A stretch of DNA of 64,000 nucleotides from Camelus ferus (lineage: Eukaryota). Below the pieces are notes generated by a model, which was given only the letters and a program-made list of their open reading frames with translations, was not told the DNA's origin and did no database searches. How positions within the stretch are numbered: position 1 is the first letter of the stretch; every line of letters begins with the position of its first letter. Shown here in pieces: positions 26,904 to 39,711 of this stretch. The position numbers and the translations under genes were made by a program. The DNA is taken from NCBI RefSeq assembly GCF_009834535.1, contig NC_045704.1:66588001-66652000 (forward strand), in the 5' to 3' direction.

Positions 26904-27292
26904 GAAGATACATATTACTAAACAGAAAAGAAGAATAAAAGATACTGAAACCTCACTGAACATCATTTAACCATTATTTGCTGAATGATAACATCCATTG
27001 CCTTTTCAGAGCACTTTTGCACATTTTATGTCATTTTGATCTCAAAACAGTCCTGTCCTGGCTCCCTGCTAAGATCCTGCAATGAATCAGGCCCATTGTT
27101 AGAAACCTAGACATCAGTGCATTGGATCAACATAGGCTGGCTTCACCACGGAGTACTCTTGGGGCCCAATGGGAGGGCCGGGGGTAAGAGGAAGGTGGCC
27201 TGCTTGTGCAGAGCTGTGGAGTGGAGAAGACAGCCCAGTTCTGCAAGGTCCAGCTGACTAAATAATTTGCTCCTAGTCTGGTAGGTCTATGC

Positions 27293-27545
27293 CAGGGGTC
27301 TGCGAACTTTCTGTAAAGGGGTAAAATGTATGATAATACAAAAAAAATAGCATGGCTATGCTCCAGCAAAACTTTATTTACGGACACTGAAATTTGAATT
27401 TAATTTTTACACATCATGAAATGCTACTTTTCTTTTGATTTTTTTCAACCATTTACAAATATAAAAATCATTCTTAGCTCAAGAGACATTCTGAAACATC
27501 CAGTGGGCAGGACTTGGCACACAAGCCACAGTTTGCCATTCCCTG
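27293..27545 (+). mobile_element. MER58-like (MER58B) hAT-Charlie MITE
   Basis: TIRs caggggtctgcgaac ... gtttgccattccctg; 8-bp TSD gtctatgc / gtctgtgc (7/8). Confidence 0.9.
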
Positions 27546-27599
27546 GTCTGTGCCAGCACACCCATCAGGGAACTCGGCAGCTGGCATTCTGTGCCTAGA

Positions 27600-27830
27600 C
27601 TAATAGTGATCATGGCAGCTGCCATTCTGAACACCTGCTCTATGCTGAATACTATGAAGATAGTTTACATATTTATTATCATTTAGTCTTCATATGATCA
27701 CACAAGGCATGCCATGCCCACTTTACAGATGATGAAGACAGGGCTCTGAGAGGACCATCTGCCTGAGCTCACATAACCAGTAAGGCTAGGAGATTCCTCA
27801 TCTGTCTACAAAGACTGTGCTCATTCTAGT
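27600..27830 (-). mobile_element. MIR SINE
   Basis: cccactttacagatgatgaagacagggctctgagagg...gagctcacataaccag. Confidence 0.75.
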
Positions 27831-29268
27831 ATGTGAGGATGCCCCCCACGCCAGCTCCCCACCTGCACACATGTCTGGGTCTCAAGTCTTCCTACATCTT
27901 CCTTCTGTTTGGCTGTTTTGACTCTTGCTTTCACCTTCGTTTTGTCCCCCACCTTAACATTTGTCTTCTCCCTGACTTGCCAATCGTTCAGGCTGGACAC
28001 CAGGAAATCTATCTCTTCAACTTTACCTAAATCTGTGGGTTTGGGTCATGGAAGCTTGAGCCAGGATAGAGTGCCTTCCCTGGGGCAGACAGGAGCTGCT
28101 GCAGCCACAAGGTGAGTTTCACCCAAAGCCTTTACAAGATGCTGAGTGTCAAAGCCAGAAAAACCCAAACCAATGTGAAGTCTAAAGGTGGGAGGACCCA
28201 GGAGAGAGGGGCACCAGGGTCAGGTCATGAGTAGGGCTGGAAGGGAAGGGATGCAAAGTTAAGTCTGTATGGAGCAGTGAGCTCCAAGGCCATCCTTTGA
28301 CTGTGGGCCGCTTTGAGGGGCACTGGGCAGGGAGGCCTGGCATGAAGGTGCATGGTCAGAGCAGAGAGGCTCATGTTGGGACCCCATTCCTTGCAGCAGC
28401 AGTGTTCCTGGGCACCACTCTGCATCTTCAGCTCCACTGTTACTGATCTAAGCCCTAGAGGAGAGGGTCCCAGATGGGTCCAGGTGAAACTATCCATGGA
28501 CCATAGAAGACTGGGCTCACTTGTAGCAAGGCTGATGTGTAAGGGGCATTGGGGCCATGCTGACATTGGTGGGGCACTATGGCTCCTGAGAGGTCAGTTC
28601 AGTTTGAGGCCAGTCCCCAGACGGCAGAGTCCAGTCCTGGGTGGAGAGGGACAGAGAGGTCATGGAAGGAGTCCAACCCCAGCAGAGCAAGTGCAGTCTA
28701 TCAGGACATCAGGGCCAAAGGTCAGCACCCACCAGCACCAGTAGCCACGCCAGAGATGAGGTGACAGCCACCTCTGGGGTCAGTAAGGGAAGCGCCAGGT
28801 CTCACCAACTCAAACGGGTGAGAGTGACTCCAGTGGGCTCCCAGGCTTGGCAGGCACCGAGGACCTCAGGGCAGGACAGGCTTTCTTAAATAATACCCCT
28901 AAATCACAAGCCCAAAGGCCAGTATAAGACTGATCATTTTAACTACAGACCTTAAGCACTTCTGTTCATCAAAGAGCCATGAAGAATTGAGACGATAAGC
29001 CACAAACTGGGGGAAGGTATTCGCAACACGTACAACCAACAAAGGGCTGGTATCCAGAATACATAAAGACCTCCTACAAGTCAATTCTATTCTGAAAAGG
29101 GGCAAACACATGAATTAGCAACAACTGACAAGATTGACAATATCAAAGGATGTGGAACATTCCAGAATGCAAACTGGTTCAGCCACTTGAGAAACATATT
29201 TAGGATCATACAGTAAAGCAGAAACTGTAACTCCTCTATCACCTAGGAATTCCACTCCGACCCTAAGC

Positions 29269-29490
29269 TAGAGTTTCTCAACCTCGGCACGACTGACATC
29301 TTGGACCAGATAATCCTTTGCAGTAGAAGCTGTCATGTGCATTGCAGGGTGTGCAGCAGCATCCCTGGCCTCAGTCCACTAGATGCCGGAAGCCATGCCC
29401 CCTACCCGAGGTATGAAAACCAAAAATGTCTGGGACACTTGCCGAATGTTCCTGACATTGCTATAAAAAAACCCTGGTTGAGAACCACTG
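29269..29490 (-). mobile_element. MER20 hAT-Charlie MITE
   Basis: tagagtttctcaacctcggcac ... ggttgagaaccactg; TSD ccctaagc / tcctaggc (6/8). Confidence 0.9.
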
Positions 29491-29815
29491 TCCTAGGCTC
29501 TGTGCACCCACAGACTTCTGCAAGAATGTTCACAGCAGAATTGTACAAAATAGCAAAAAGCATTAACACACAAGAAAAATTTTAAAAGACTGTAAACATT
29601 AATAGCCAACAAAAGAATGGACAACTAAATTGCGACAAATAAATGCAATGAAATATTACAGTTCTGAAAGTGAGTAAACTTCTTGCAAGAATATAAATGA
29701 CTCTCTTAATTGGGAAAACAACGCTGTGGAAAAAGGTGTTTAGTATGAACGTTTCTATGAAGTTTAAAACCTGCAGAAGTAAATGGCGTATATCTAGGGG
29801 TACGTACAGAGGGGG

Positions 29816-30343
29816 TGTGTTAGGCTGAACTTCCCCCAAATGGCTGCAACAGCACTTCTGGTCCCACCTCTTTTTCCAGGACCCGGCCACTCCTCCGTCA
29901 AGAGGTGGAGTCGGTGACCACTCCCCTTGAACAGGTGGGACTCGGTGATGCTTCAGCTAACAGACACTATGTCACCGTGTGACTTCTGAGGCCAGGTCAC
30001 AAAGGCCAGGCAGCTTCAGCCTGGTTTTCTCCTTGGCACGCTCGTCCCCGAAACTGGGCCACCGCATTACGAGGAAGCCCAGGCCACGTGGGCAGGTCAC
30101 ACGGAGAAGACCCGGGGCCCCAGGCCTCAGCCGGCTGGTGAGTGAGTCCTCTGAAAGGACAGAGACCTGGAGCCCCCAGCCGAGCCGCCCCAGCCGAGCC
30201 GCCCCAGCTGCTGCTGTGTGAGGCAGAGACGTGTCTTCCCTGAAGAATCCCACCCAAATGGCAGGAAGGGGAGAAAAAGATTGTTCCTGTTTTATGCCAC
30301 TAAGTTGTGAGGTGGTTTGATAAACAGAAGTAGATTTCTGAGA
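29816..30343 (+). mobile_element. MaLR solo LTR (MLT1F/G/H type)
   Basis: ccactcctccgtcaagaggtggagtc...ccccttgaac...tgtgacttctgaggccaggtcac...tttatgccactaagttgtgaggtgg. Confidence 0.85.
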
Positions 30344-31238
30344 TGGACGGTAAAAAACTATAGTGATCAGCACGTGAATGACAACATAAAATGCAGGAAC
30401 CTGGTCACTGATGGGGAGAGGGCTGGGGGACGCGACCACTCAGGGGCCGTGAGGAACTGCCCGCCACAGAATGCTCTAGCCCGGGGCTGAGCCCACCTGG
30501 ATGGACAGGGAAACCACAGAGCTTCCTGCTCCCGGGCACCTGCCGTGCTGAAGGCTAGCAGTTCTCCCCAGCGTTAGAGCTGAAGAAAAACTCAAGCCCA
30601 GAGGAGGAGGTGTCCCCACTACGGAGCGCAGGCAGAGCCGGGCCCCACCTGCCCGCGGTCCTGGCAGGGCAGGCCCCGCTCCCCGGGGGCCAGGCTGGGA
30701 GACGGAGCAGTGACGGCTCTTCTGGTTGTCAGTCAACACTTAACCGTTATCTGTTGACCTTTGGGAAACAAAACCGAGTGCCCTTGACAGGACAAAGTGA
30801 GCCTGTGAGTATTCAGAACTGGTCCTGAACAGTGGCCTGTACCTGGACACTTATCTCCCAGAGACAAGGTCTCTGTACGCAGACTGGGCTCTCGGCGAGC
30901 CTGTGGGGCTGGGAGCCCGTCCCTGGTGCTCCCTGTACGACTTCCCTCGGCCCTGCCGGGACTCCACGCTGCCTGGACCCAGCGTTCATCAGGCAGTGCA
31001 GACGGCAGATGCCAGGTCTCGTCGTGGGCACTCCTGGAAGGGCCGGCCTGGGAGGGCTGGGGTCGGGCTGGGCAGGGGGACTGTTCTGCAAATGGGCGCA
31101 CATCACTCCTTTCTGTTCCTCAAATGCGCAGAGCTGCAGACGGCCCGCAAACAAGAAACAGCGACCCACTGAGCGGTCAGATTTAAAAAGAAACAAACCC
31201 GCCGAAGTAGCTTTTCAAAGGAGGTGCTTTGAAAACTC

Positions 31239-31269
<31 letters not shown>

Positions 31270-31665
31270 AAAGGTATTATGAGACATAAAATGTAATGAG
31301 GGAGTGGTGGCAGGGAGTGGTGGGGACTGTGGCAAATGGACTGAGGACAGGCCTTTCCTGAGGGGACCACCCCTACCCAGCAGCAGCCCATGCTGAGGCG
31401 GGGGCAGCCTGGCCTAGATCCACGCAGACTTTTCTGATGGTGAAGAAAAGCCAGACATTCAGATGCTTATGTAATTTTTTCACAGAAGCAATCACAATTT
31501 TAAAAATAACGTGCCAGCTAAACCAGACATACATATGAGTAGTACCTGGATGTGCCAAAGGGATGTAACTGCCTCACAGGGCTACAGAGAGGAAGACTGA
31601 GCTGGAACAGAACAGCAATTAGCAGACATGCATCAGGAAAACCTAATAAAAAACAGGTCAGAGTC

Positions 31666-32230
31666 TACTGACGGACTGTGTTTCCCAAAGGTGACACAGT
31701 CCTGTCCCTTCCCACCTGCTGTGTCTGTTGTGTGACGTTGACACTCCTTTCATCAAATGGGAGGGCGGGCTTTCTTCCCTCCCCTTGAACCTGACAAGAA
31801 CTTGACAATCGCCTGAACGACCGCAGAAGTGACACTATGTGATGTCTGAAGGTAGGTCATAGAAATGCCATGCAGATCTGCCTTGCCCTCGGGGGTGCCC
31901 GTCTCCGCAGCCCAGCCTCCACGCTAGGAGGGAGTGCAAGCAGCCTGTGGAGAGATCCACACTGAGCGGAACCAGCCCACACACCCCGCGGGGCTCCCAG
32001 CCAAAGGCAGCTCCAAGGTGCAAGCAGTGTGAGTGAATCATCTCGAAAGTAGGTCCCCCAGCTCCCATTTGAGCAGCCCCAGTGGAGACCAGGCTGAGCA
32101 GAGACAAACCACGCCAGCTCAGGCCTGCCTGAATTGCAGATTTGTAAGCAAAATAAATTCGTGTTGTTGTTTTAAGTCACTAAGCTTTGTTTTTTTTTTT
32201 TTTTTAATATAGCAATAGATGACTGGAACA
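31666..32230 (+). mobile_element. MaLR solo LTR (MLT1F/G/H type)
   Basis: tgtgacgttgacactcc...ccccttgaacctg...gcaaaataaattcgtgttgttgttttaagtcactaag...tagcaatagatgactggaaca. Confidence 0.85.
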
Positions 32231-32739
32231 GGGTCAAAAATTAAACTTTTAAGCCAGAGACACTCCTGGAAGGGTGAAGAAGAAAGAGACCCAAGGTCAT
32301 CTCAGGACCTCCCAAAGCACAGAAGTGAAAGTTTTTAGGTCAAAAGGAAAAGGAGCTTTTCTTCCAGATTTCCTAGGCTGAGACAGAACCCGCTGAGACA
32401 AGTGATGGAGGGAACGGACCATCTGAGCTTGAATTCAACCCCAGAGTTAGACCAAGGTGGGAGTTGTAACCCTTCCACATCTGAGTGTGGTTATCAGTCC
32501 AAATCCTTTTCAGGTTTGAAGACTGAGCATCCAGGCCAGCGCTCCTCAAAGCAGGACTCTCACTCTACCCCCTGCATCCAACCTTCAAGAAGGGGGGTCT
32601 GCGAAGCTGCATTTTCAACCACTTTCCAGATAATTCTTTTGTACCAATTTAGAAAACTATGCCCCACTCATCTCCCATGTAACCCCTTCAGACATGGTCT
32701 TGGGGTTTATTTCTTGGGAAAATGCTTTAAGGAGCCCAA

Positions 32740-33680
32740 GACCTAAACAAGCAATTCTCCAATGAAGACATACAAATGGCCAATAGGCACGTGATGAAAA
32801 AATGCTCAATATCACAAGTTATCAGATAAATGCAAATCAAAAGTACAACGAGGTATCAGCTCACACCAGTCAGAATGGCCATCATTCAAGTCCATGAATG
32901 ATAAATGCTGGATGGGCTGTGGAGAAAAGGGACCCTCCTACACTGCTGGTGGGAATGTAGTTTGGTGCAGCCATTATGGAAAACAGCATGGAGATTCCTC
33001 AAAAGACTAAAAGTAGACTTACCATATGATCCAGCAACCCCACTCCTGGGCAAATATCCAGAGGGAACCTTAATTCAAAAAGANNNNNNNNNNNNNNNNN
33101 NNNNNNNNNNNNNNNNNNNNNNNNNNNNNNNNNNNNNNNNNNNNNNNNNNNNNNNNNNNNNNNNNNNNNNNNNNNNNNNNNNNNNNNNNNNNNNNNNNNN
33201 NNNNNNNNNNNNNNNNNNNNNNNNNNNNNNNNNNNNNNNNNNNNNNACATGGATGGCCCTGGAGAATGTCATTCTAAGTGAAGTAAGCCAGAAAGAGAAA
33301 GAAAAATGCCATATGATATCACTTACATGTGGAATCTAAAAAAAAAAAAAAGCCAAACAAACTTATTTACAGAACAGAAACAGACTCACAGACATAGAAA
33401 ACAAACTTGTGGTTACCATAGGGGAAGGGGGTGGGAAGGGATAGATTGGGAGTTCGAGATTTGCCGATACTAATAATATAAAATAGATAAACAACAAGTT
33501 CACACTGTAGAGCACAGGGAACTATATTCAATATCTTGTAGTAACTTATGGTGAAAAAGAATAAAGAAAACAAATATACGTATGTTCATGTATGACTGAA
33601 GCATTGTGCTGTACACCAGAAACTGACACGACATTGTAAACTGACTATACTTCAATGAAAATATATATTAAAAAAAAAAA
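32740..33680 (+). mobile_element. 5'-truncated young L1 (ORF2 C-terminus, 3'UTR, polyA)
   Basis: [44 protein letters not shown]; 3'UTR; A-tail at ~33670-33680. Confidence 0.95.
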
Positions 33681-34569
33681 AGATCAAACATTTAAACCTC
33701 CCATGGCTTTGTCAGGGGAAGAAGCAGGTGTTTTAGGCAGAGGCCCTGCACCCCCAGGGACAGGACATAGTGGGTTTGGTGTCAGGCTTGAAGAGGTGGA
33801 GGGAAGAGGGATCTAAGATGGTGATGGGTGAAAACTCAAACTGAGATGCAGACAGAGCTGCCTGTGCAGACCGCACCTCCTCCGGCTGGCAGCGACTTCA
33901 CCTTTCCCACGCGAAGCCCCCGCGGCCCCGCTCTTTGGGCATTTACCAGCCCGAATCCACACCAAGTCTCCTGCTCAGTCCCAACCACCAGGCAGGACCC
34001 CACCTAGAAGTGCCTTCTCTTCAGTATAGAAAGAATTTAGGCTGCAAGAACTTAAGCTAAAAAAGAGTATGTGACTTTAGTAAAAAAGGTAACTGAAAAT
34101 GTTGACAAAGTATCTTCTCTGGAAGCAAGCTCAGCAGCAAATGAAGACACAGGATCTAACACGTAAAGGCCTGTTGTGTGCTGGGTGCTGTCTAGTCACC
34201 AGAGGGAAAGCAGCTGGGCCCTTCGCATCAGACAAAAGCTGAAAATGTTACATGCGAGTTGCAAGAATGTGTACCTAGTATTATCCTGTTTCTATAAAAA
34301 GCGTCTATGTTGATCTACATTGGTACATTTATTAGATGATCTGGAAGCAGCAGCACCTAACTTGATCGGTGTGGTGACTTGGGGTGGCGTGGAAGTGGGG
34401 GGCAGTGTGAGATTATGAAGAAATTTTACTTCCCAAAATAAATTTCTCTAAAATGTTTCTTTTTACTTTTTTTTTTTTGGTGATGGCAATGTATTAAGAA
34501 AATGTGATAAGAAATACTAAGAAATGTAATGAGAAACAACTGTAAGGATTATTTTAAAATACATACAGT

Positions 34570-35160
34570 ATTTTTCCTTTGAAAACTCTCTTTATAAGTG
34601 CATAATTTGCATACAAAAATGTACCTGTTTTAAGCATATACTTTAGTTTGGTGAGTTTTCTCTTCCAAACACCACCTCAGTCAGGACACAGGACATTTAT
34701 ATCACCCGAAAAGGGTTTCTTGTCCCTTCACTCCTGCCCCAGGCAACCGCTGGTCTGCTTTCTACCACGAGAGATTATTTTTGGCTGTTTTAGATCTCAC
34801 ATAAACTACAAGAATAATACGTTATTTTCTCTTTTGTATCTAGCTTCTTTCATTCTGCGTGCTTCTAGATTCATTCATCTTGTTATGGTATCAATATTCT
34901 GTTCCCTTTCGTTTATGAATGGTATTTTATTGTATAAATATGTAACAATTTGTTTATGCATTCATCAGTTGATGGATACTTGGGCTGTTTCCAGTTGGGG
35001 GCCATCCTGCATAGAATAAAGCTGTTATGAACGAGTGTGTGCAAGTCTGTGTGTGTGAATTTGTTTTCATTTCTTCTGAGTAAACACCTTGGAGTGGAAT
35101 TGCTGGGCTCTAAATGTAGGCTTAATTTTATTAAAAAAATAGGTGCTTTCATTTTGATGC
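34570..35160 (-). mobile_element. Old L1 (L1ME-type) fragment
   Basis: tgtacctgttttaagcatatac...aggcaaccgctggtctgctttc...cattcatcagttgatggatacttgggctgtttccagtt. Confidence 0.8.
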
Positions 35161-35529
35161 AGTAATTTTTCTCACTATTTATTCTAAATAAATTATCGTC
35201 GGTGCATGTGAAGATGTAACTACCTGGATCTTCATCACAACACTGTTTACACACGCGCTACCCTTTAAGGTCTGACCGGTTTGCCGAGTCCCACGTGGCC
35301 GTTTAAATGGGTGTTTCAGGCTTCTACTTCAGAGACTTAAGGACTTAGCATATGTATTTATTTTTTGAGACCCCGCTATTAAAATAACAATAAAGGGACT
35401 AAAATGGCATAAACCGACAGGAAAGGGGCCATCCGCAGGCAGAAGTCTCAGCAAATTTCCTGGAAACAGAAAGGGCTGAGTGAAGACTGACCAATACGGC
35501 AGGTGGGTGGGCTGTGGGCAGTGAGGGCT

Positions 35530-37600
35530 GAGGGCCATCCAGACACTGGGAGATGCCTCAGCCTGGAAATAACAAGGTTTCTAGAAAGCAGGAAAGAAAA
35601 ATGGGCGGAAAGCCGCTAAAGTTCCGTATCCGCCGCAGCCGAGGCCTCTGCTGGGCGCCTTCGCCCAGATTAGACAGAGACAGGCGTCACTGTGCCAGGT
35701 CAAACGCTGGGGCGCTCGTTTCTGAAGAAACTGTACAGACACCTGGGGAGAGTCAGGTGAGCCAGCGGAGCCCGGGAGTCCAGAGGGGCGCTTCTGCACT
35801 CCTGCCTCTAGGGACCCTTAATACAAACCAAAAACCTAGCTTCCTGCCCGCTCTCCCTGGAGAGAAGCCTGCGCACACAGGCCCCGCCCGCACCCCCCAC
35901 ACGGCCCCTCAGCCTCCTCAACCTTAAACAGCAATGAAAAACCAAGAGTAAACGGACATGGGGGAGACTCGGCGACAGGAAAAAGTATGAAAAAATAAAC
36001 CAACAAGCAAACATGCTTCTAGAGAAAATAGGGATCATTCACGGAGCAGGAGAGGATTAAACAAACAAAAACTTAAAAACCTCAGAGACAACTGGGAAAA
36101 TGCATCACTGGGGTAAAACAAGAAAAGGGTGTTATGAGCAAGAAACAGTCTGAGACAAGAAAGAGTTGCTGAAAATTAAAAATGTATTTGCCCAAATAAG
36201 AATAGTCGTAGCAGTAAGGTTTGAGGATGACGCTGAAGAAATCTCCCAAGTATAGATTTTAAGATTTTAAAACAAGTGCAAAATATATGGAGAAAAGACA
36301 AGTGACATAAAGGGATGATCTAGGGGTGTGAGGTCTAAATAACAGGAATCCCCCAAAGAGAAAGTTAAGACAAAAGGAAAGAAGTTATAAAAGAAAGATG
36401 GTAAATAATTTTCCAAAGTGAAGAAGGGCATGTGTCTTCGTTAGGGTCCAGTGAAGGCCCAGCGCAACCAATGAGAAAAGGTCCACACCTTGACATGATC
36501 ACCAAAAACTCTCCAAACAAGAATAAAGAGCAGATGCTACAAGATTCCAGAAGGGGGAAAAACCAGATTCCACTTTGAGAGAGATGTTTGACCTAGAATT
36601 TCATACACAGCCAATGTATTAGTCAAGTGAAAAGCAGAATAAAGGCATCTGCAGTATAAAAGTGCTCTAAATTTTACCTTCTGCATAGTGTCTCCTCAAG
36701 AGTTACCCAAGGACATATTCCAGCAAAATGAGGGTGTAAACTAAGAAAGAGGAAGCCATTGGGTCTTGAAGAGAGTGACTCTAATCACTGAAAGCAGTGA
36801 AGGGAAACTGCGGTGATGGCAGCCGCGCTGCAGACCCAGCGAGGAGAAAGGGCAGGAAGACAGAGAACCACAGAGAGGCTGCTTGGAGAGGCTTTGTTTT
36901 GTTTTGGGAAGGAGGTGAGAAGGAGAGAAACAGAGTCAACAGAAAAATAGATTCTCTATTTCTCATTCTCTACTGAGCAGGGACATTGATCTCATAAAGA
37001 AAGAAATGTGGTCCTAATGGTTTACTTTGATCGGCTGTGAACTATGCATCCACAACCAAAGAAAAATAAACATTATTTTCTGGCCTTCTACTGTCAGAAT
37101 CAACCTTGGGCAAACATAAACAAGAACAATGATGTCAGAACAAAGTGTGAAAATATGGAACAGGCTGACAGAGGCTGGGAGGTGGAGGGAGTGTGGTCCT
37201 TACCTTACAAAGTGAGGGGTAAAGAGATGTTATCTATAGCTGATGGAGCAGGAAATGGGGGCTTAATTGTGCTCTTTGAAGTCGAAGAGGAGATGGGTCA
37301 AGCTCTGAAAATAGTCATCTAACTATATTTAGACGAGCAGGGGGAGGAGACAGGAGTGGGACAGAAATGAACGGATGCCTTGTCTATTACAGAAGGAAGT
37401 CAAGAAAAACCACTGTAGTTGCTAAAGTAATAAACAGCATCTTATTTAGAGATGTGGAGGAAACCACCAAATGAATTCTAAACAGAAATGCTTAGCATTT
37501 GTCTCAGGGAAGCAGGGCTATGGGTGGGGAAGTGTGGGACAGGTGACTTGTTTTTCGTTATAAGGACTCTAGTATTATTTGATCTTAAATCATTTGCATA
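35530..37600 (+). mobile_element. HAL1 / old L1 5' region with degenerate ORF1
   Basis: Purine-rich ORF1-like blocks (gagttgctgaaaattaaaaatg; tgacctagaatttcatacacagccaa; agagttacccaaggacatattccagcaaaatgaggg). Confidence 0.55.
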
Positions 37601-37921
37601 CTTTACTAATTAAAATCCTTCATGAGGCACTTCTGAGATAAGTAGCTTGTAAGACCATAGAATACAGCGGCCTGAAAAAGTTAAGAGGGATATACATCAA
37701 TGTGCTGTGAGGAGCCGTCTCTGGATCTTTGGGTAACAAATCGCTTCATTTTCCTATCATTTATACATACTGACATCTCCCATACTAATTAGCTTTTTAC
37801 TCATAATTTTTAAAAGTAACTTTTAAAGATTAACCCGTTAAGTTTCTCCTAGGGCACAGGCAAACTGTCCCCAAGAGGGACGACTCCAGGTGGTTATGCC
37901 TGACGTGAAAATACACTTAGA

Positions 37922-38076
37922 GGGGAGGGCATAGCTCAGTGGTAGAGCACGTGCTTAGCATGCATGAGGTCCTGGGTTCAGTCCCCAGAACCTCCTCTAA
38001 AAATAAAGAAACAAATAAACCTAATTACCTAACCCCCACCAAAAAAAAAAAAAAAAAAAAAAAACCCAATAAAAAA
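37922..38076 (+). mobile_element. Camelid tRNA-Ala-derived SINE (Vic-1 type), full length
   Basis: tRNA-Ala-like head, aataaacctaattacct tail, polyA; 12-bp TSD gaaaatacactt (37907-37918) / gaaaatacattt (38077-38088). Confidence 0.95.
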
Positions 38077-38349
38077 GAAAATACATTTATAAAATCCTCA
38101 CCCTCCACAACCCTCCACAAATTTCAGGACCCTCTGCAGCGGCGTATCTGAGCTCTCTCTCATTCGTCTCTTGTGCCCAGATTCTGTTAGCTGGCGAGTT
38201 ACTCAGCTCCGTCTGAATATAAAGATCTCTTGTCTTCAAAACAAGCCTGTTTGTGACTAATGAACTAGAGTGGGCATTCCCTATAAGATACCTGTATTTG
38301 CAAAAAGATGCATAAGACAGAGCTGTACATGAGGATTAGAACTCACTCC

Positions 38350-38450
38350 ATTCATTCTGTTCATCCGTTCATTTTATAGATGACAAACTGAGACCCAGGC
38401 AGTTAAGTCACTTGCCCGAGGTCCAAAATCCAGGTCCAATTCCCAGTCTT
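38350..38450 (-). mobile_element. MIR fragment
   Basis: cattttatagatgacaaactgagacccaggcagttaagtcacttgcccgagg. Confidence 0.75.
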
Positions 38451-39151
38451 TTGTCTATATCCGATTTTTAAAGGAAATATTATTAGGGTGTCTCAGGTCT
38501 CTGAATTACAGGTAAAAGAATCTCAGTTTCAAGCCAGAGGAAAAAATTATCAGAAAAATACTGGAATGCCAGGGCGGGCAGTGCAGCTCTTTAGAGACCA
38601 ACGCAGGAGGAGAAAGCACGGAGTCACAGGCAGCTTCCGCCCTCGGCCTCTGTCTGACTGACGACAGACATGGCTCCCAGGCTCTACCCTGAGCGAGTGG
38701 GACAGTCCTGAGAGGGAGAAGGATGGGTCCTGCTGGGCAGACGCAGGGCCTGGGCCAGCATAAACCCAAGGGGAGGCGGGTGACATTCAGAATGTGTTAG
38801 CAAGGGACGGGGGAGAAGGGGAGGGAAGGGTGAAGCTCTGACAGCTGTAGAATGCTTCTGAGCTGTGTGTCCTGCAGGGAACACGATCAGCGCCATCCTC
38901 ATCTTAAAGGCAAGGGACTGAGGCTTGGGACAGGTAAGCACAGGGCTTCTAAGGAGCAGAGACTCAGACCTGGCCCTCCTTCCTCTTCGTGCAAGGCTCT
39001 TTCCTTTATGCTTTTCCTCCATCGTGTGAATTGATCCTCTTGGCACTGGGGGCCCAGAAACAAGCCCCACCTCTCCCACCTGGCACTCTTCGGGAGGAGC
39101 CAGGTGCTAGCTGCTCAAAGCCATCAGGGTCCCAGCTTCCAGCTGGTCCCG

Positions 39152-39632
39152 CGTAACAGGAAGAACGCACCTGACTCCGTGTGAGATCTGTTGCTCTAGC
39201 TCTAACCCTGGGCTGCCTTCTATCCTCGGTGATACTAGTCCTGCAGCTTTTGTAAAACAGTGTTGCCTTGAGCCTGAAATGTACAGAAGAGCGAGTTCTC
39301 AAGGCTCCGACCTTTAAAGGTATAACGCTGTTCCATTCATACAGAGAAAATGTTTGACTTGTTGGAGATTTACAGGAACATCAGGACCTGATTTACGTGG
39401 ACAGCCACAAGAACAAGGGATTTCGAACCAAGAGGTCTGCAACAACCAGCCACACTCCCGCCCCCTTTTAGTATAAGACTGAATTCTGACTTGGGGAAGA
39501 TGGTTCTCCAGGACATCAGCCAGCCATTTTGTCAGTAATGCTGGATTTCCGAATAAAGTCGTTATTCCTTGCCCCAACACCTCGTCTCCCGATTTGCTGG
39601 CCTGTTGTGCGGCGAAACTGGACACGGGAACA
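39152..39632 (+). mobile_element. ERV1-type solo LTR
   Basis: (c/t)gtaaca...aaca ends, TATA-like tagtataag ~39471-39478, AATAAA 39552-39557, U5 gtcgttattccttgccccaacacctcgtctcccgatttgctggcctgttgtgcggcga. Confidence 0.7.
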
Positions 39633-39711
39633 CGTGGACCAGTGCTGTGTAGCGACTTACCCCCCTCTTGCCTTAGTGGCTCCATCCATTTCCTGGCATC
39701 TGGCCTCCATT

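Larger units (their letters stand above)
28900..30430 (+). mobile_element. Old L1 (L1ME/MC type) ORF2 end and 3'UTR with nested MER20 and MLT1
   Basis: aagccacaaactgggggaaggtattcgcaacac...gtatccagaatacataaagacctcctac; the L1 sequence resumes after each nested element. Confidence 0.8.

Noticed and set aside
29816-32230. Two same-strand MLT1 LTRs 1.3 kb apart as an intact MaLR provirus
   Set aside because: The host L1 resumes directly after the first LTR and the spacer does not resemble MLT1-int; these are two independent solo LTRs.
37922-37995. tRNA-Ala(AGC)-like gene
   Set aside because: Followed by the SINE-specific tail and polyA, and flanked by a 12-bp TSD: retroposed SINE.
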